From: Candidatus Eiseniibacteriota bacterium
GTDB taxonomy: Bacteria > Eisenbacteria > RBG-16-71-46
Length of the DNA stretch: 64,000 nucleotides
Direction: 5' to 3'
Assembly (NCBI GenBank): GCA_044223005.1
Contig: JBGAML010000005.1
Location: 224,523-288,522 of the forward strand
A model generated the notes under the pieces. The model saw only the letters and a list, made by a program, of their open reading frames with translations. It searched no databases and was not told the DNA's origin. The number at the start of each line of letters is the position of its first letter. Within the stretch, counting starts at the first letter, position 1. Shown piece by piece: positions 19,414-27,667 of the stretch. The position numbers were made by a program, and so were the translations under genes.

Positions 19414-19905
19414 GTGCGCCGCCTCGTTGCGCTCACCGCCGCGGCAACGATCTGCCTGGCCTCGAGCAGCTGCCTGCCCGGGGAGCCCCGTGGCCGAGTC
19501 CACAATGGCCTCTCCATGAGCCAGGGCCCCGTCGGAACGTGGATCGGCGCTTCGGACAGCCTCCAGGTCGTCGTGACCGCCGCACCCGACAGCACCGTCG
19601 CCGTGCGCGGCTGGCTCCTGGGGTACGTGCGCTGCCGCAACGGGGTGCTTCAGTCGATGCCGGTGACGTTCTCCGACCAGGTCCGGTTGCAACCGCTGAT
19701 CGTTCCGTCGGCCGGCGACTACACGGTGAGGGACACTCCAGACTCGCTGCACGTCGAGACGAAGTGGATTCTCGTCGGGTCAGACGAACGGACGTTCGGG
19801 CGCTTCACCGTGGTGATGCACGTGAGCGATCACGCCAGCGGCGCCTGCAACGACGACACGACGACGATCTCCGGCAGCGTGCAGCGCCTCACGCGAATCA
19901 AGTAG
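19414..19905 (+). CDS. Hypothetical lipoprotein
   Basis: Signal peptide plus lipobox (LASSSC); no recognised domain. Confidence 0.45.
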   Translation: MRRLVALTAAATICLASSSCLPGEPRGRVHNGLSMSQGPVGTWIGASDSLQVVVTAAPDSTVAVRGWLLGYVRCRNGVLQSMPVTFSDQVRLQPLIVPSAGDYTVRDTPDSLHVETKWILVGSDERTFGRFTVVMHVSDHASGACNDDTTTISGSVQRLTRIK

Positions 19906-20009
19906 CGCAGGCCGCGAAGACCAGCGCCGCGACGCCCGAGCCGAGGCGACGCGATGTGCGAGGTGGCAGGGGCAACGTCCCGGACCGCAGGGCATCCCAA
20001 ACCCCGAGG

Positions 20010-20053
20010 ATATTATGTGAGCCTCCGGCCTACGGCCGGAGGTTTACATAATA
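20010..20053. repeat. AT-rich 44-nt near-perfect palindrome / long hairpin (probable bidirectional terminator)
   Basis: ATATTATGTGAGCCTCCGGC-CTACG-GCCGGAGGTTTACATAATAT; about 20-bp stem with GC core and AT-rich arms, between two + strand genes in a >70% GC genome. Confidence 0.5.
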
Positions 20054-20303
20054 TCTATTATGCGACTTCATTGAAACTGCCACCACCGCCGCATCCCGCC
20101 TTGCCGCGCCGTGCTTTCGCCTCCCTCGGCCGCGGCCCCTCTCGCCGCGAGCCCCTCTCGAGCCGCCTCGCGATCGCGCCACGCCGCCGAGCGCACGAGG
20201 TGCTAACCTGCGCGCGCACGCCGCCGGTGATCCATCCCGCCGAATCCCCCGGACGCGCGAATCGCTCCCGACCTCGTCCCCGAGCTCTCCGAGGAGATTC
20301 GCC

Positions 20304-21236
20304 ATGATCCGCCGTATCGCCGTCATCGCCGCGCTGGGCAGCTCGCTCGCGCTCGCCACTGCCGCCCGGGCCGCCGAGCCGTACCTCGGCGCCTGGGACG
20401 TCACCCTGAGCCGCCCGGCCGTAGACACGACCTGGCCGTGCTGGTTCCAGCTCGATCGCCTGCCGGGCGTCGGCCTCGTCATGACCTTCCAGGGCATGGC
20501 CAACGCGCCCGTGGCCGTGCGTGGCGTCCAGGCGCTGGACGACGGGCTGCGCTTCGAGGTCCCGAACTTCGGCACGTTCGTCGGCAAGCGCTCCGGCGAC
20601 GGTTACGCCGGCACCATGGCACCGAGCATGGTCGACACGTCGGAGCACCTCGTCGTCGACTGGCGCGCCGTGCGTGCGCCGGGTCTCGACGCGCCCACAA
20701 AGGTCGCCTGGGGCGAACCGATCGCGCTCTTCGACGGCAAGTCGCTCGCGGGCTGGATCGGGCGCCGCGGCGGCAGCGGTGGCTGGGCAGCCAGCGGTGG
20801 CCTGCTGGTCAACGGCGATCTCGCCGGCGACCTCATGACGACGCAGCGCTTCTCGAACTTCAAGCTCCACCTGCAGTACCGGCTGCAACCCGGCGAGGAC
20901 AGCGGACTTCACCTGCGTGGCCGTTATGAGATCCAACTCACCGATCGCCCGGATCCGGCCGGTCCGCTGGGCGCCACGGGAGCCGTCTACGGGTTCTTCC
21001 CGCCCGCCCGCGATGCCGCGAAGCCCGCCGGCCAGTGGAACACGCTCGACGTCGAACTGGTCGGCCGCACGCTCACGGCGCGACTCAACGACGTGCTCAT
21101 CCAGGACCACGTCGTCGTGCCGGGCATCACCGGCGACGCGCTGGATGCGAACGAGTCCGAACCCGGGCCGATCGTCCTGCAGGGCTACCTCGGCCGCATC
21201 GACTTCCGGGACATCGTCCTCACGCCGGCCCGCTGA
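20304..21236 (+). CDS. Secreted DUF1080 (3-keto-disaccharide hydrolase / LamG-like) protein
   Basis: Signal peptide; C-terminal ...PGPIVLQGYLGRIDFRDIVLTP typical ending of DUF1080 family. Confidence 0.65.
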   Translation: MIRRIAVIAALGSSLALATAARAAEPYLGAWDVTLSRPAVDTTWPCWFQLDRLPGVGLVMTFQGMANAPVAVRGVQALDDGLRFEVPNFGTFVGKRSGDGYAGTMAPSMVDTSEHLVVDWRAVRAPGLDAPTKVAWGEPIALFDGKSLAGWIGRRGGSGGWAASGGLLVNGDLAGDLMTTQRFSNFKLHLQYRLQPGEDSGLHLRGRYEIQLTDRPDPAGPLGATGAVYGFFPPARDAAKPAGQWNTLDVELVGRTLTARLNDVLIQDHVVVPGITGDALDANESEPGPIVLQGYLGRIDFRDIVLTPAR

Positions 21237-21250
21237 TCCGGGCTCGCACA

Positions 21251-21280
21251 GGCGATACTGCACACTTGTGCAGTATCGCC
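21251..21280. promoter_or_regulatory. Perfect 14-2-14 inverted repeat with TACTG-N10-CAGTA core (SOS/LexA-box-like operator) 22 nt upstream of radical SAM gene
   Basis: GGCGATACTGCACA-CT-TGTGCAGTATCGCC; the core matches the CTG-N10-CAG SOS-box architecture. Confidence 0.4.
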
Positions 21281-21302
21281 CGCTTGCGGTACAAGGGCAC
21301 TC

Positions 21303-22229
21303 ATGCGCCCCGAGTACCGCGAAGAACCCTGCCGCTCGGCCCTCAATCCCGTCCGCGGGATGCCGTTCGACTGGTCGCTCAACCCGTACATGGGCTGCGC
21401 CCACCGCTGCACGTTCTGCTACGTGCGCGCGTTCGAGCGCCGCGCCGACCGTCCGTGGGACGACCGCTACGGGCGCTCGATCCGCGTGAAGACGAACATC
21501 GCCGAGGTGCTGCGCCGCGAGCTCGCGCGCCGCACGTGGACGCGCGCCGAGGTGCAGGTCGGCGCCGCCACCGATCCCTACCAGCCGATCGAGGCGCGCT
21601 ACCGGCTGACGCGCGCGTGCCTCGAGATGCTCGCCGAGGCGCGCAATCCCTTCGGCATCATCACGCGCGGACCGCTGGTCGTGCGTGACCTCGACGTGCT
21701 CGCCGCGGCGTCCGCGCGCACGGACGTGCGCGTGTACCTGTCCGTGCCGACGCTGGACGAGCGGCTCTGGCGCGCGACCGAGCCCGGCACCGCGCCGCCG
21801 CGCGCGCGCCTGCGTGCCGTCGCGCGCCTCGCCGAAGCGGGCATCCGCGTCTCGGTGCTGGTCGCGCCGTTGATCCCGGGGCTCAGCGATTCCGATGCGT
21901 CGCTCGCGCAGGTCGTGCGCGAGGCGCGTGCCGCCGGCGCGGAGCGGCTCTCGGCGATCGTGCTCCACATGCAGCCCGGGACGCGCGAGCATTTCATGCA
22001 GACGTTGGGCGAAGAATGGCCCGAGGAACGCACGCGGCTCGAGGCGCTCTATGGCGCGCGCGGCTACCTGCCGGGCCGCACGCAGCAGCAGGTGACCGAT
22101 CGCTTCGCGGCGATCCGCGCCCGCGTGCCACGCCGCGAGGGCCTCCCTCCCGCGATCCGGCCGGCTCCCCTCCCGGCGGCCGATCCCGAACCGCCCGCGT
22201 TCGCGCAGCAGCTCGGGCTGGCGCTCTGA
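21303..22229 (+). CDS. Radical SAM protein, SplB/Rv2578c-like DNA repair photolyase family
   Basis: CxxxCxxC radical SAM motif (CAHRCTFCYV), about 308 aa, family similar to spore photoproduct lyase-like proteins. Confidence 0.75.
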   Translation: MRPEYREEPCRSALNPVRGMPFDWSLNPYMGCAHRCTFCYVRAFERRADRPWDDRYGRSIRVKTNIAEVLRRELARRTWTRAEVQVGAATDPYQPIEARYRLTRACLEMLAEARNPFGIITRGPLVVRDLDVLAAASARTDVRVYLSVPTLDERLWRATEPGTAPPRARLRAVARLAEAGIRVSVLVAPLIPGLSDSDASLAQVVREARAAGAERLSAIVLHMQPGTREHFMQTLGEEWPEERTRLEALYGARGYLPGRTQQQVTDRFAAIRARVPRREGLPPAIRPAPLPAADPEPPAFAQQLGLAL

Positions 22230-22253
22230 CGCGCGCTGCGGCATCGTCGCCGC

Positions 22254-23621
22254 ATGCGCTCCGTCGATCCCGCCACGCTCGAAATCGTCACCGACGTCGA
22301 GGACCATTCGTCCGCGCAGGCGGCAGCGCTTCTCGCCGCGGCGGCAGCCGCGTTTCCGGCCTGGCGCGACGCCGGCATCCCGGCGCGCGCCGCCGTGCTC
22401 CGACGCGCGGGCGCGCTGCTCCGCGAGCGGCGTGACGCGCTCGCCACGCTCGCCGTGCGCGAGATGGGCAAGCCGATCGCGCAGGCCGAGGCCGAGGTCG
22501 AGAAGTGCGCGGCCGCGTGCGAGTGGTTCGCCGAACACGCCGCGGCCGCGCTCGCGCCCGAGACGATCGCGAGTGACGCCACGCGCAGCGGCGTGCGCAA
22601 CCTGCCGTTCGGCGTGGTGCTCGCGGTGATGCCGTGGAACTTCCCGTTCTGGCAGGTCGTCCGCGCCGCCACACCCGCGCTCGCGGCCGGCAACACGGTC
22701 GCGCTCAAGCACGCGTCCAACGTGCCCGGCGTCGCGCTCGCGATCGAAGCGCTGTTCCGCGACGCCGGCGCGCCTCCCGGCGTGTTCACCACGCTGCTCG
22801 TCGGCGCGCGCGACGTGCCGGCGCTGATCGCGCACCCGGCGATCGCGGCGGTGACGCTGACCGGCAGCGAAGCCGCGGGCCGCGAGGTGGCCGCGTGCGC
22901 GGGCCGCGCGCTCAAGCCCTGCGTGCTGGAGCTCGGCGGCTCGGATCCGTTCGTCGTGCTCGCCGACGCCGATCTCGATGCGGTCGTGCCACTCGCCGTC
23001 ACGGCGCGCGTGCAGAACAACGGCCAGAGCTGCATCGCGGCCAAGCGCTTCATCGTGGTCGAGCCGCTCGCCGACGCGTTCGCCGAACGCTTCGCGCGCG
23101 CCATGGACGCGCTCGTCGTGGGCGACCCATTGGACCGCGCGACGCAGGTGGGCCCGCTCGCGAAGCCGGAGTTCGTCGACGACCTCGAGGACCAGGTGCG
23201 CCGCAGCATCGCCGCCGGTGCACGCCTGCTCGTCGGCGGCCGCCGGCCCCCGGGGCTCCGCGGTGCGTTCTACGCGCCGACCGTGCTCGCGGAGGTGCGC
23301 CCGGGCTGCCCGGCGTTCGACGAGGAGACGTTCGGCCCCGTGGCGCCGGTGATCCGTGCGCGCGATGACGCCGAGGCGCTCACGCTCGCCAACCATTCGC
23401 GCTTCGGGCTCGGCGCCAGCGTGTGGACGCGCGATGCGGCGCGCGGCGAAGCGTTCGCCGCGCGGATCGAAGCCGGAGCGGTGTTCGTCAACGGCATCGT
23501 GAAGTCGGATCCGCGGCTGCCGTTCGGCGGCATCAAGGCGTCGGGCTGGGGCCGCGAGCTGGGCGTCGCCGGCCTGCGCGCGTTCACGAACCTGCAGACC
23601 CACTGGGCGCGCGAAGCCTGA
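22254..23621 (+). CDS. NAD(P)-dependent succinate-semialdehyde / aldehyde dehydrogenase
   Basis: ALDH motifs: VLELGGSDP, NNGQSCIAAKR catalytic Cys, EETFGPV. Confidence 0.85.
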   Translation: MRSVDPATLEIVTDVEDHSSAQAAALLAAAAAAFPAWRDAGIPARAAVLRRAGALLRERRDALATLAVREMGKPIAQAEAEVEKCAAACEWFAEHAAAALAPETIASDATRSGVRNLPFGVVLAVMPWNFPFWQVVRAATPALAAGNTVALKHASNVPGVALAIEALFRDAGAPPGVFTTLLVGARDVPALIAHPAIAAVTLTGSEAAGREVAACAGRALKPCVLELGGSDPFVVLADADLDAVVPLAVTARVQNNGQSCIAAKRFIVVEPLADAFAERFARAMDALVVGDPLDRATQVGPLAKPEFVDDLEDQVRRSIAAGARLLVGGRRPPGLRGAFYAPTVLAEVRPGCPAFDEETFGPVAPVIRARDDAEALTLANHSRFGLGASVWTRDAARGEAFAARIEAGAVFVNGIVKSDPRLPFGGIKASGWGRELGVAGLRAFTNLQTHWAREA

Positions 23622-23634
23622 TCGCGCGCGGCGC

Positions 23635-25755
23635 TCACGCGCTCCAGTGGGCCGCTTCCCAGTCCGGCCCCGGAACCAGCAGGCGCAGCACCTGCCCGGG
23701 CGGCAGGCTCTCCAGCCGCTCGCCCGCGCGCTCGACGTGCAGCAGCAGCTCCAGCGCCTGGCCCGGCGATGCGCCCAACGCGGCCACCGGCAGCTCCGCT
23801 TCGAGCACGTCGTCGATCGCGACCGTGCCCACGGCCGCGCCGTCGTCGGCGAGCAGCGCACCGGTGCCCGGCACCAGATGCTCGACGCGAAAACGCTTCG
23901 GCGCCGGCGCGACCAGCTCGATCACGAGCGAGGCGTCCGCGCCCGGCAGTTCGTCGCCCGCGAAGTCGAGCCGCAGGTAGAGCGCGCGCTCGTCGAAGCC
24001 GTAGTGCAACCCCGAAGCGATCGGCGCCGTCACGCGGTGCATCGACCCGCCTCCCGTGCCGAGCTTCCATGAGCCTGCGCCGTGCCACTCGTAGTAGCGG
24101 CTCATGCGCCCGTCGATCACCGGGTGCACGAACGCCGTCGGCTCGTGGTGCTCGGAACCCGCGCGCGGCGGCGCCGCGACCGGCAGCGAAACCCAGGACG
24201 GCGAAGGGATTCCCGCACGCTCGTGTGCCGCCTGAAGGTGCGCCCGGAAGAGGCTGTCGAAAAGCGCCTTGTCGGCCGTGTAGTGGTCCTCGCCGAACCA
24301 CCAGAACCAGTCCGAGCCCTCGGCCGCCGCGAGCGCCGACCAGGCCGCCGGATGGCTCGCGCGCGTCCTCCCCTGCGCCACCAGCGCCGCGCGCGTGCGC
24401 GCGAGCAGGTCCCACGCGCGATTCTTCTCGGCGTGGCCGGCCCAGATGTGGAAGTCGGCGTCGATCCACGAGCCCGAGTGCAGCTGCGGCAGCGTCGCGC
24501 GCACCGGGCCTTCGGCGAGCACCTCGGCGGGCGTGCGCGTGCGCACGTCGGGCGCCGCCTCGAGCGCGGCGTAGAGCTGCTCGAGGAATGGCCGGCCGTC
24601 CTCGGCGTAGTGCTCCCAGCAGTTCTCGCCGTCCAGGATCACGCACGCGACCGGCCGGCCTTCGCGCCCCGCGGCGCGGTGAGCCTCGGCGATGCGGCGC
24701 AGCTGGCGCATGAAGTCGGCGACCGCGTCGGCGGGCGACCACGTGCTGTAGACGAAGCCGATCCGGTCCGAGAGCTCGTGGTCGCGAAAGAAGAGCGCGA
24801 TCTCGCCCGCCGGCGTCGCGAAGCGCCACGGCTGGTAGAGGTCTTCACGCTTCAGGCCCGCGATCGACCGCCAGAGCACCATCTCGTCGGTGGCGATCCA
24901 GCGCACACCCGCGCCGGCCAGGATCTCGGCGGCCTCGGGGCTCACGCTGCCCTCGGACGGCCACATGCCCACGGGGCGGCGGCCGAACGTCTTCGCCGCC
25001 GCGTCGAGACCGTGCTCGACGTGCCAGCGGGCGTCCTCGGGCGCCGCGAACGGCTCGGAGGGCACCGGCAGGTCGGGCCGCGCGCGGCGGCCGGTCTTCA
25101 CGTCGACGAGCAGCGGCAGGATCGGGTGGAACGCGGGCGAGCACGCGATCTCGACCTGGCCGCGTTCGGCCAGCGCCGCGTACGCCGGCACCACTTCGCG
25201 CAGCAGCGCCGCGTGCAGCGCGAGCAGCGCGTCACGCTCGGCTTCGCCCGCGCGCCCGGCTTCGGCCGCCGCGGCGGCGGCGAGCGCTTCGGGCCGGTCG
25301 AGCAGCAGCGGATCGAGCCACGCCAGCAGGAAGTACGCGACCAGCCGCAGCAGGTCGGCGTCGCCGGCCACTGCCGGCGCGCGCAGCTTCGTGCACAGCG
25401 ACTGGTACGCGGGCCAGCGCTCGCGCGCCCAGCGCGGCGCCATGCGGGCGCGCGCCTGGAGCTCGGCGCGCTCGGACGCCGACAGGCCGGCGACGGGCCT
25501 CGCGAGCAGGTCGAACAGCGCGTCGGACCGCCCGGCGATCGCGCCCTCCAGCTGGTCGAGCAGCGAAGGCACGAAGTTGAAGGTCGCCTTGACGCGCGAA
25601 TGGCGCTCCAGATGGAGCGCCATGTCGAGGTAGTCCTTCGTCGCGTGCAGCCGCACCCACGGCAGGAGCGCGCGGCCGTCGCGCGGGTGGCGGTAGTCCG
25701 GCTGGTGATGATGCCAGACGAAAACGAGATCGACGCCCGGGGTGTCGGGACTCAT
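23635..25755 (-). CDS. Glycoside hydrolase family 57 protein (alpha-amylase / branching enzyme-like)
   Basis: N-terminus VFVWHHHQPDYR...LHATKDYLDMA typical GH57 motifs; start chosen at MSPDTPGVDLVF. Confidence 0.8.
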   Translation of the reverse strand: MSPDTPGVDLVFVWHHHQPDYRHPRDGRALLPWVRLHATKDYLDMALHLERHSRVKATFNFVPSLLDQLEGAIAGRSDALFDLLARPVAGLSASERAELQARARMAPRWARERWPAYQSLCTKLRAPAVAGDADLLRLVAYFLLAWLDPLLLDRPEALAAAAAAEAGRAGEAERDALLALHAALLREVVPAYAALAERGQVEIACSPAFHPILPLLVDVKTGRRARPDLPVPSEPFAAPEDARWHVEHGLDAAAKTFGRRPVGMWPSEGSVSPEAAEILAGAGVRWIATDEMVLWRSIAGLKREDLYQPWRFATPAGEIALFFRDHELSDRIGFVYSTWSPADAVADFMRQLRRIAEAHRAAGREGRPVACVILDGENCWEHYAEDGRPFLEQLYAALEAAPDVRTRTPAEVLAEGPVRATLPQLHSGSWIDADFHIWAGHAEKNRAWDLLARTRAALVAQGRTRASHPAAWSALAAAEGSDWFWWFGEDHYTADKALFDSLFRAHLQAAHERAGIPSPSWVSLPVAAPPRAGSEHHEPTAFVHPVIDGRMSRYYEWHGAGSWKLGTGGGSMHRVTAPIASGLHYGFDERALYLRLDFAGDELPGADASLVIELVAPAPKRFRVEHLVPGTGALLADDGAAVGTVAIDDVLEAELPVAALGASPGQALELLLHVERAGERLESLPPGQVLRLLVPGPDWEAAHWSA

Positions 25756-25780
25756 CGCGCGTCCATGCGCCCGGGGCGCG

Positions 25781-26500
25781 TCAGTGACCGGTCGCGCCGA
25801 GTTCGGCGATCTGCACGCGCGCCGGATTGGCGTAGCTCGTCTCGCCGAAATCGTCGACGAGCTTCTGCAGCTTCGCCGCCGCGCCCGCACGGTCGCCCGT
25901 CGCGAGCAGGCAGCGCGCCTCCGCGGCGAGCATCTCGGCGCTCGTCTCGCGATCGAACACGCCGACGAGCGCGTCGTACGTCTTGGCCGCCTCGGCGTAC
26001 TGCTTGTCGCTGTCGAGCGAGTACGCGAGGCTGCGGCGCACGCTCTGCGCGAACACGCCGCTGCTCTTCTTGGCGAGGTACGCCTTGTACTCGGTGACCG
26101 CGCCCTTGAAGTCGCCGCGCCAGTAGGCCGCGTCACCGGAGATGCGGTGCGCGTCGATGCCGCTCGGCGTCGAACCCCACTGCTTGGTCACTTCCCCGGC
26201 CGTCGAGCGGGCGCGATCGTAATCGCCCTGCCAGAACAGCATGTCGGCCTCGGCCAGCTTCTTGGACGCGAGGTTCTCCTGGGCCGCGCTCTGCCGGATC
26301 GTGTAGAAGGCGACGCCCGCGACGACGACGATGGCACCGATCACGCCCAGCGCGATGCGCCCGTAGCGTTCCCAGAGCCCCGTGACCTTGTCCAAAGCCT
26401 CCGCGCCCGGGTCGTCCAGCGCGTGCGTCTTCCGCGTCTCCAGCGACAAGCGAAACCTCCAGGACAGCGACCGAATCGTCGGGGTGATCCGCGGGGCCAA
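25781..26500 (-). CDS. TPR-like membrane-anchored protein (YfgM-like)
   Basis: Single N-terminal TM helix (IALGVIGAIVVVAGVAFYTI) followed by TPR-like helical repeats. Confidence 0.55.
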   Translation of the reverse strand: MAPRITPTIRSLSWRFRLSLETRKTHALDDPGAEALDKVTGLWERYGRIALGVIGAIVVVAGVAFYTIRQSAAQENLASKKLAEADMLFWQGDYDRARSTAGEVTKQWGSTPSGIDAHRISGDAAYWRGDFKGAVTEYKAYLAKKSSGVFAQSVRRSLAYSLDSDKQYAEAAKTYDALVGVFDRETSAEMLAAEARCLLATGDRAGAAAKLQKLVDDFGETSYANPARVQIAELGATGH

Positions 26501-26560
26501 CCCACGGTAAGCGACGGAAAACAGTACCGGGCAAGCGTCTCGGGCGTCAAGCCGGCCCGC

Positions 26561-27667
26561 TCAGGTCACCGCGCAGCGGGCGCAGGCCACGTGGCCGCGG
26601 GCGCGCACCAGCATCTCCGCCAGCGCCCCGCAGGTCGGGCACGCCGGCAGCGCCGGGCGGCCCCTCGCCACGTCCACGAGCGAGCGCAGCTTGACCCGGA
26701 CGGCGCCCGCCTTGAGCTCTTGCTCGAGGTCGGCGACCGGCCACGACCATTCCTCGAGGCCCCAGAGCCGCACCTCGGTGCGCATCTCCCAGCGGTGACG
26801 GATCTCGGCGGCCCGGCGTTCCCACTCCAGCTTGAGCGAGGTCGCGTCGCCGTGCTCGAGCTCGTGCTCGTCGTGCCCGATCCGGCGGCGGAGGCGGTCC
26901 TCCTCCTCCTCGATGCGCGCCGAGAAGAACGCCCCGAGGCGCTCCAGTTCGTCGTCGCGGAGCCGGCCGACGGACGTCTCCCACTCGGCCTCGCGCTCGT
27001 CGGCGAGCGCCTCGAGCGTCTGGCGCGCGCTCTCGAGCCAGCGCTCGCGCAGCTCGGGCTCGAGCTCCTCGCCCATCTGGTAGAGCCCCTCGCGCGGGCG
27101 CACCTCCGGCACCTGTGGGGCCTGCGCGCGTTCGAGCACCTCACCCCCGCTGCCGACCAGCACGACCCACTGCTCCTGCCACGGCAGCCCGCCCCAGCGC
27201 GTGATCACGGCGTGGAACGCGACGCGCCGCTCGTAGCGCACGGGCCCGAGCCGCGGCGGGCTCCACGTGAGGCCGCGCACTTTGCACACGCCCGCGAGTC
27301 CGTCCGCCGGCGCGCCGGGCACCTGCGCGAGCGCGGTGCGGCGCGTGAACGCCGGCTCGGCGAGCGCAGCCTCGAGGATGCGGCGGCCCGCCGAGCTGCC
27401 GGGCGCGGTGAACCATGCGCCACGCGGCACGGTCGGGCGCGCGGGATCGAACACCAGCCGCACGCGCTGGCGGCGCCAGCGCTTCTGCAGCGCGGCCGAC
27501 AGCAGCACTTCCCAGTCGCCGCGCGGGGCATCCTCGACCGAGCAGCCCACCATGCCCAGCCAGCGCCCGACGAACGCCCGCCACTCCGGCTGCTCCGCGG
27601 CGGTCTCGCCGCGCGGGATCGCGGGTGTCTCGGCGGCGCGCTTGCGCGTGGCGGTCTTCGGCGTCAC
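26561..27667 (-). CDS. Hypothetical protein with C-terminal CxxC...CxxC zinc ribbon, translationally coupled to SNF2 helicase
   Basis: GTGA overlap with helicase stop; C-terminus ACPTCGALAEMLVRARGHVACARC; Glu/Arg-rich helical segment; no family recognised by eye. Confidence 0.5.
   Translation of the reverse strand: MTPKTATRKRAAETPAIPRGETAAEQPEWRAFVGRWLGMVGCSVEDAPRGDWEVLLSAALQKRWRRQRVRLVFDPARPTVPRGAWFTAPGSSAGRRILEAALAEPAFTRRTALAQVPGAPADGLAGVCKVRGLTWSPPRLGPVRYERRVAFHAVITRWGGLPWQEQWVVLVGSGGEVLERAQAPQVPEVRPREGLYQMGEELEPELRERWLESARQTLEALADEREAEWETSVGRLRDDELERLGAFFSARIEEEEDRLRRRIGHDEHELEHGDATSLKLEWERRAAEIRHRWEMRTEVRLWGLEEWSWPVADLEQELKAGAVRVKLRSLVDVARGRPALPACPTCGALAEMLVRARGHVACARCAVT

Noticed and set aside
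25781-26500. TPR membrane protein as a YfgM/Sec ancillary subunit functionally tied to secA
   Set aside because: secA is more than 23 kb away. The assignment rests only on generic TM+TPR topology, so left as a generic TPR protein.
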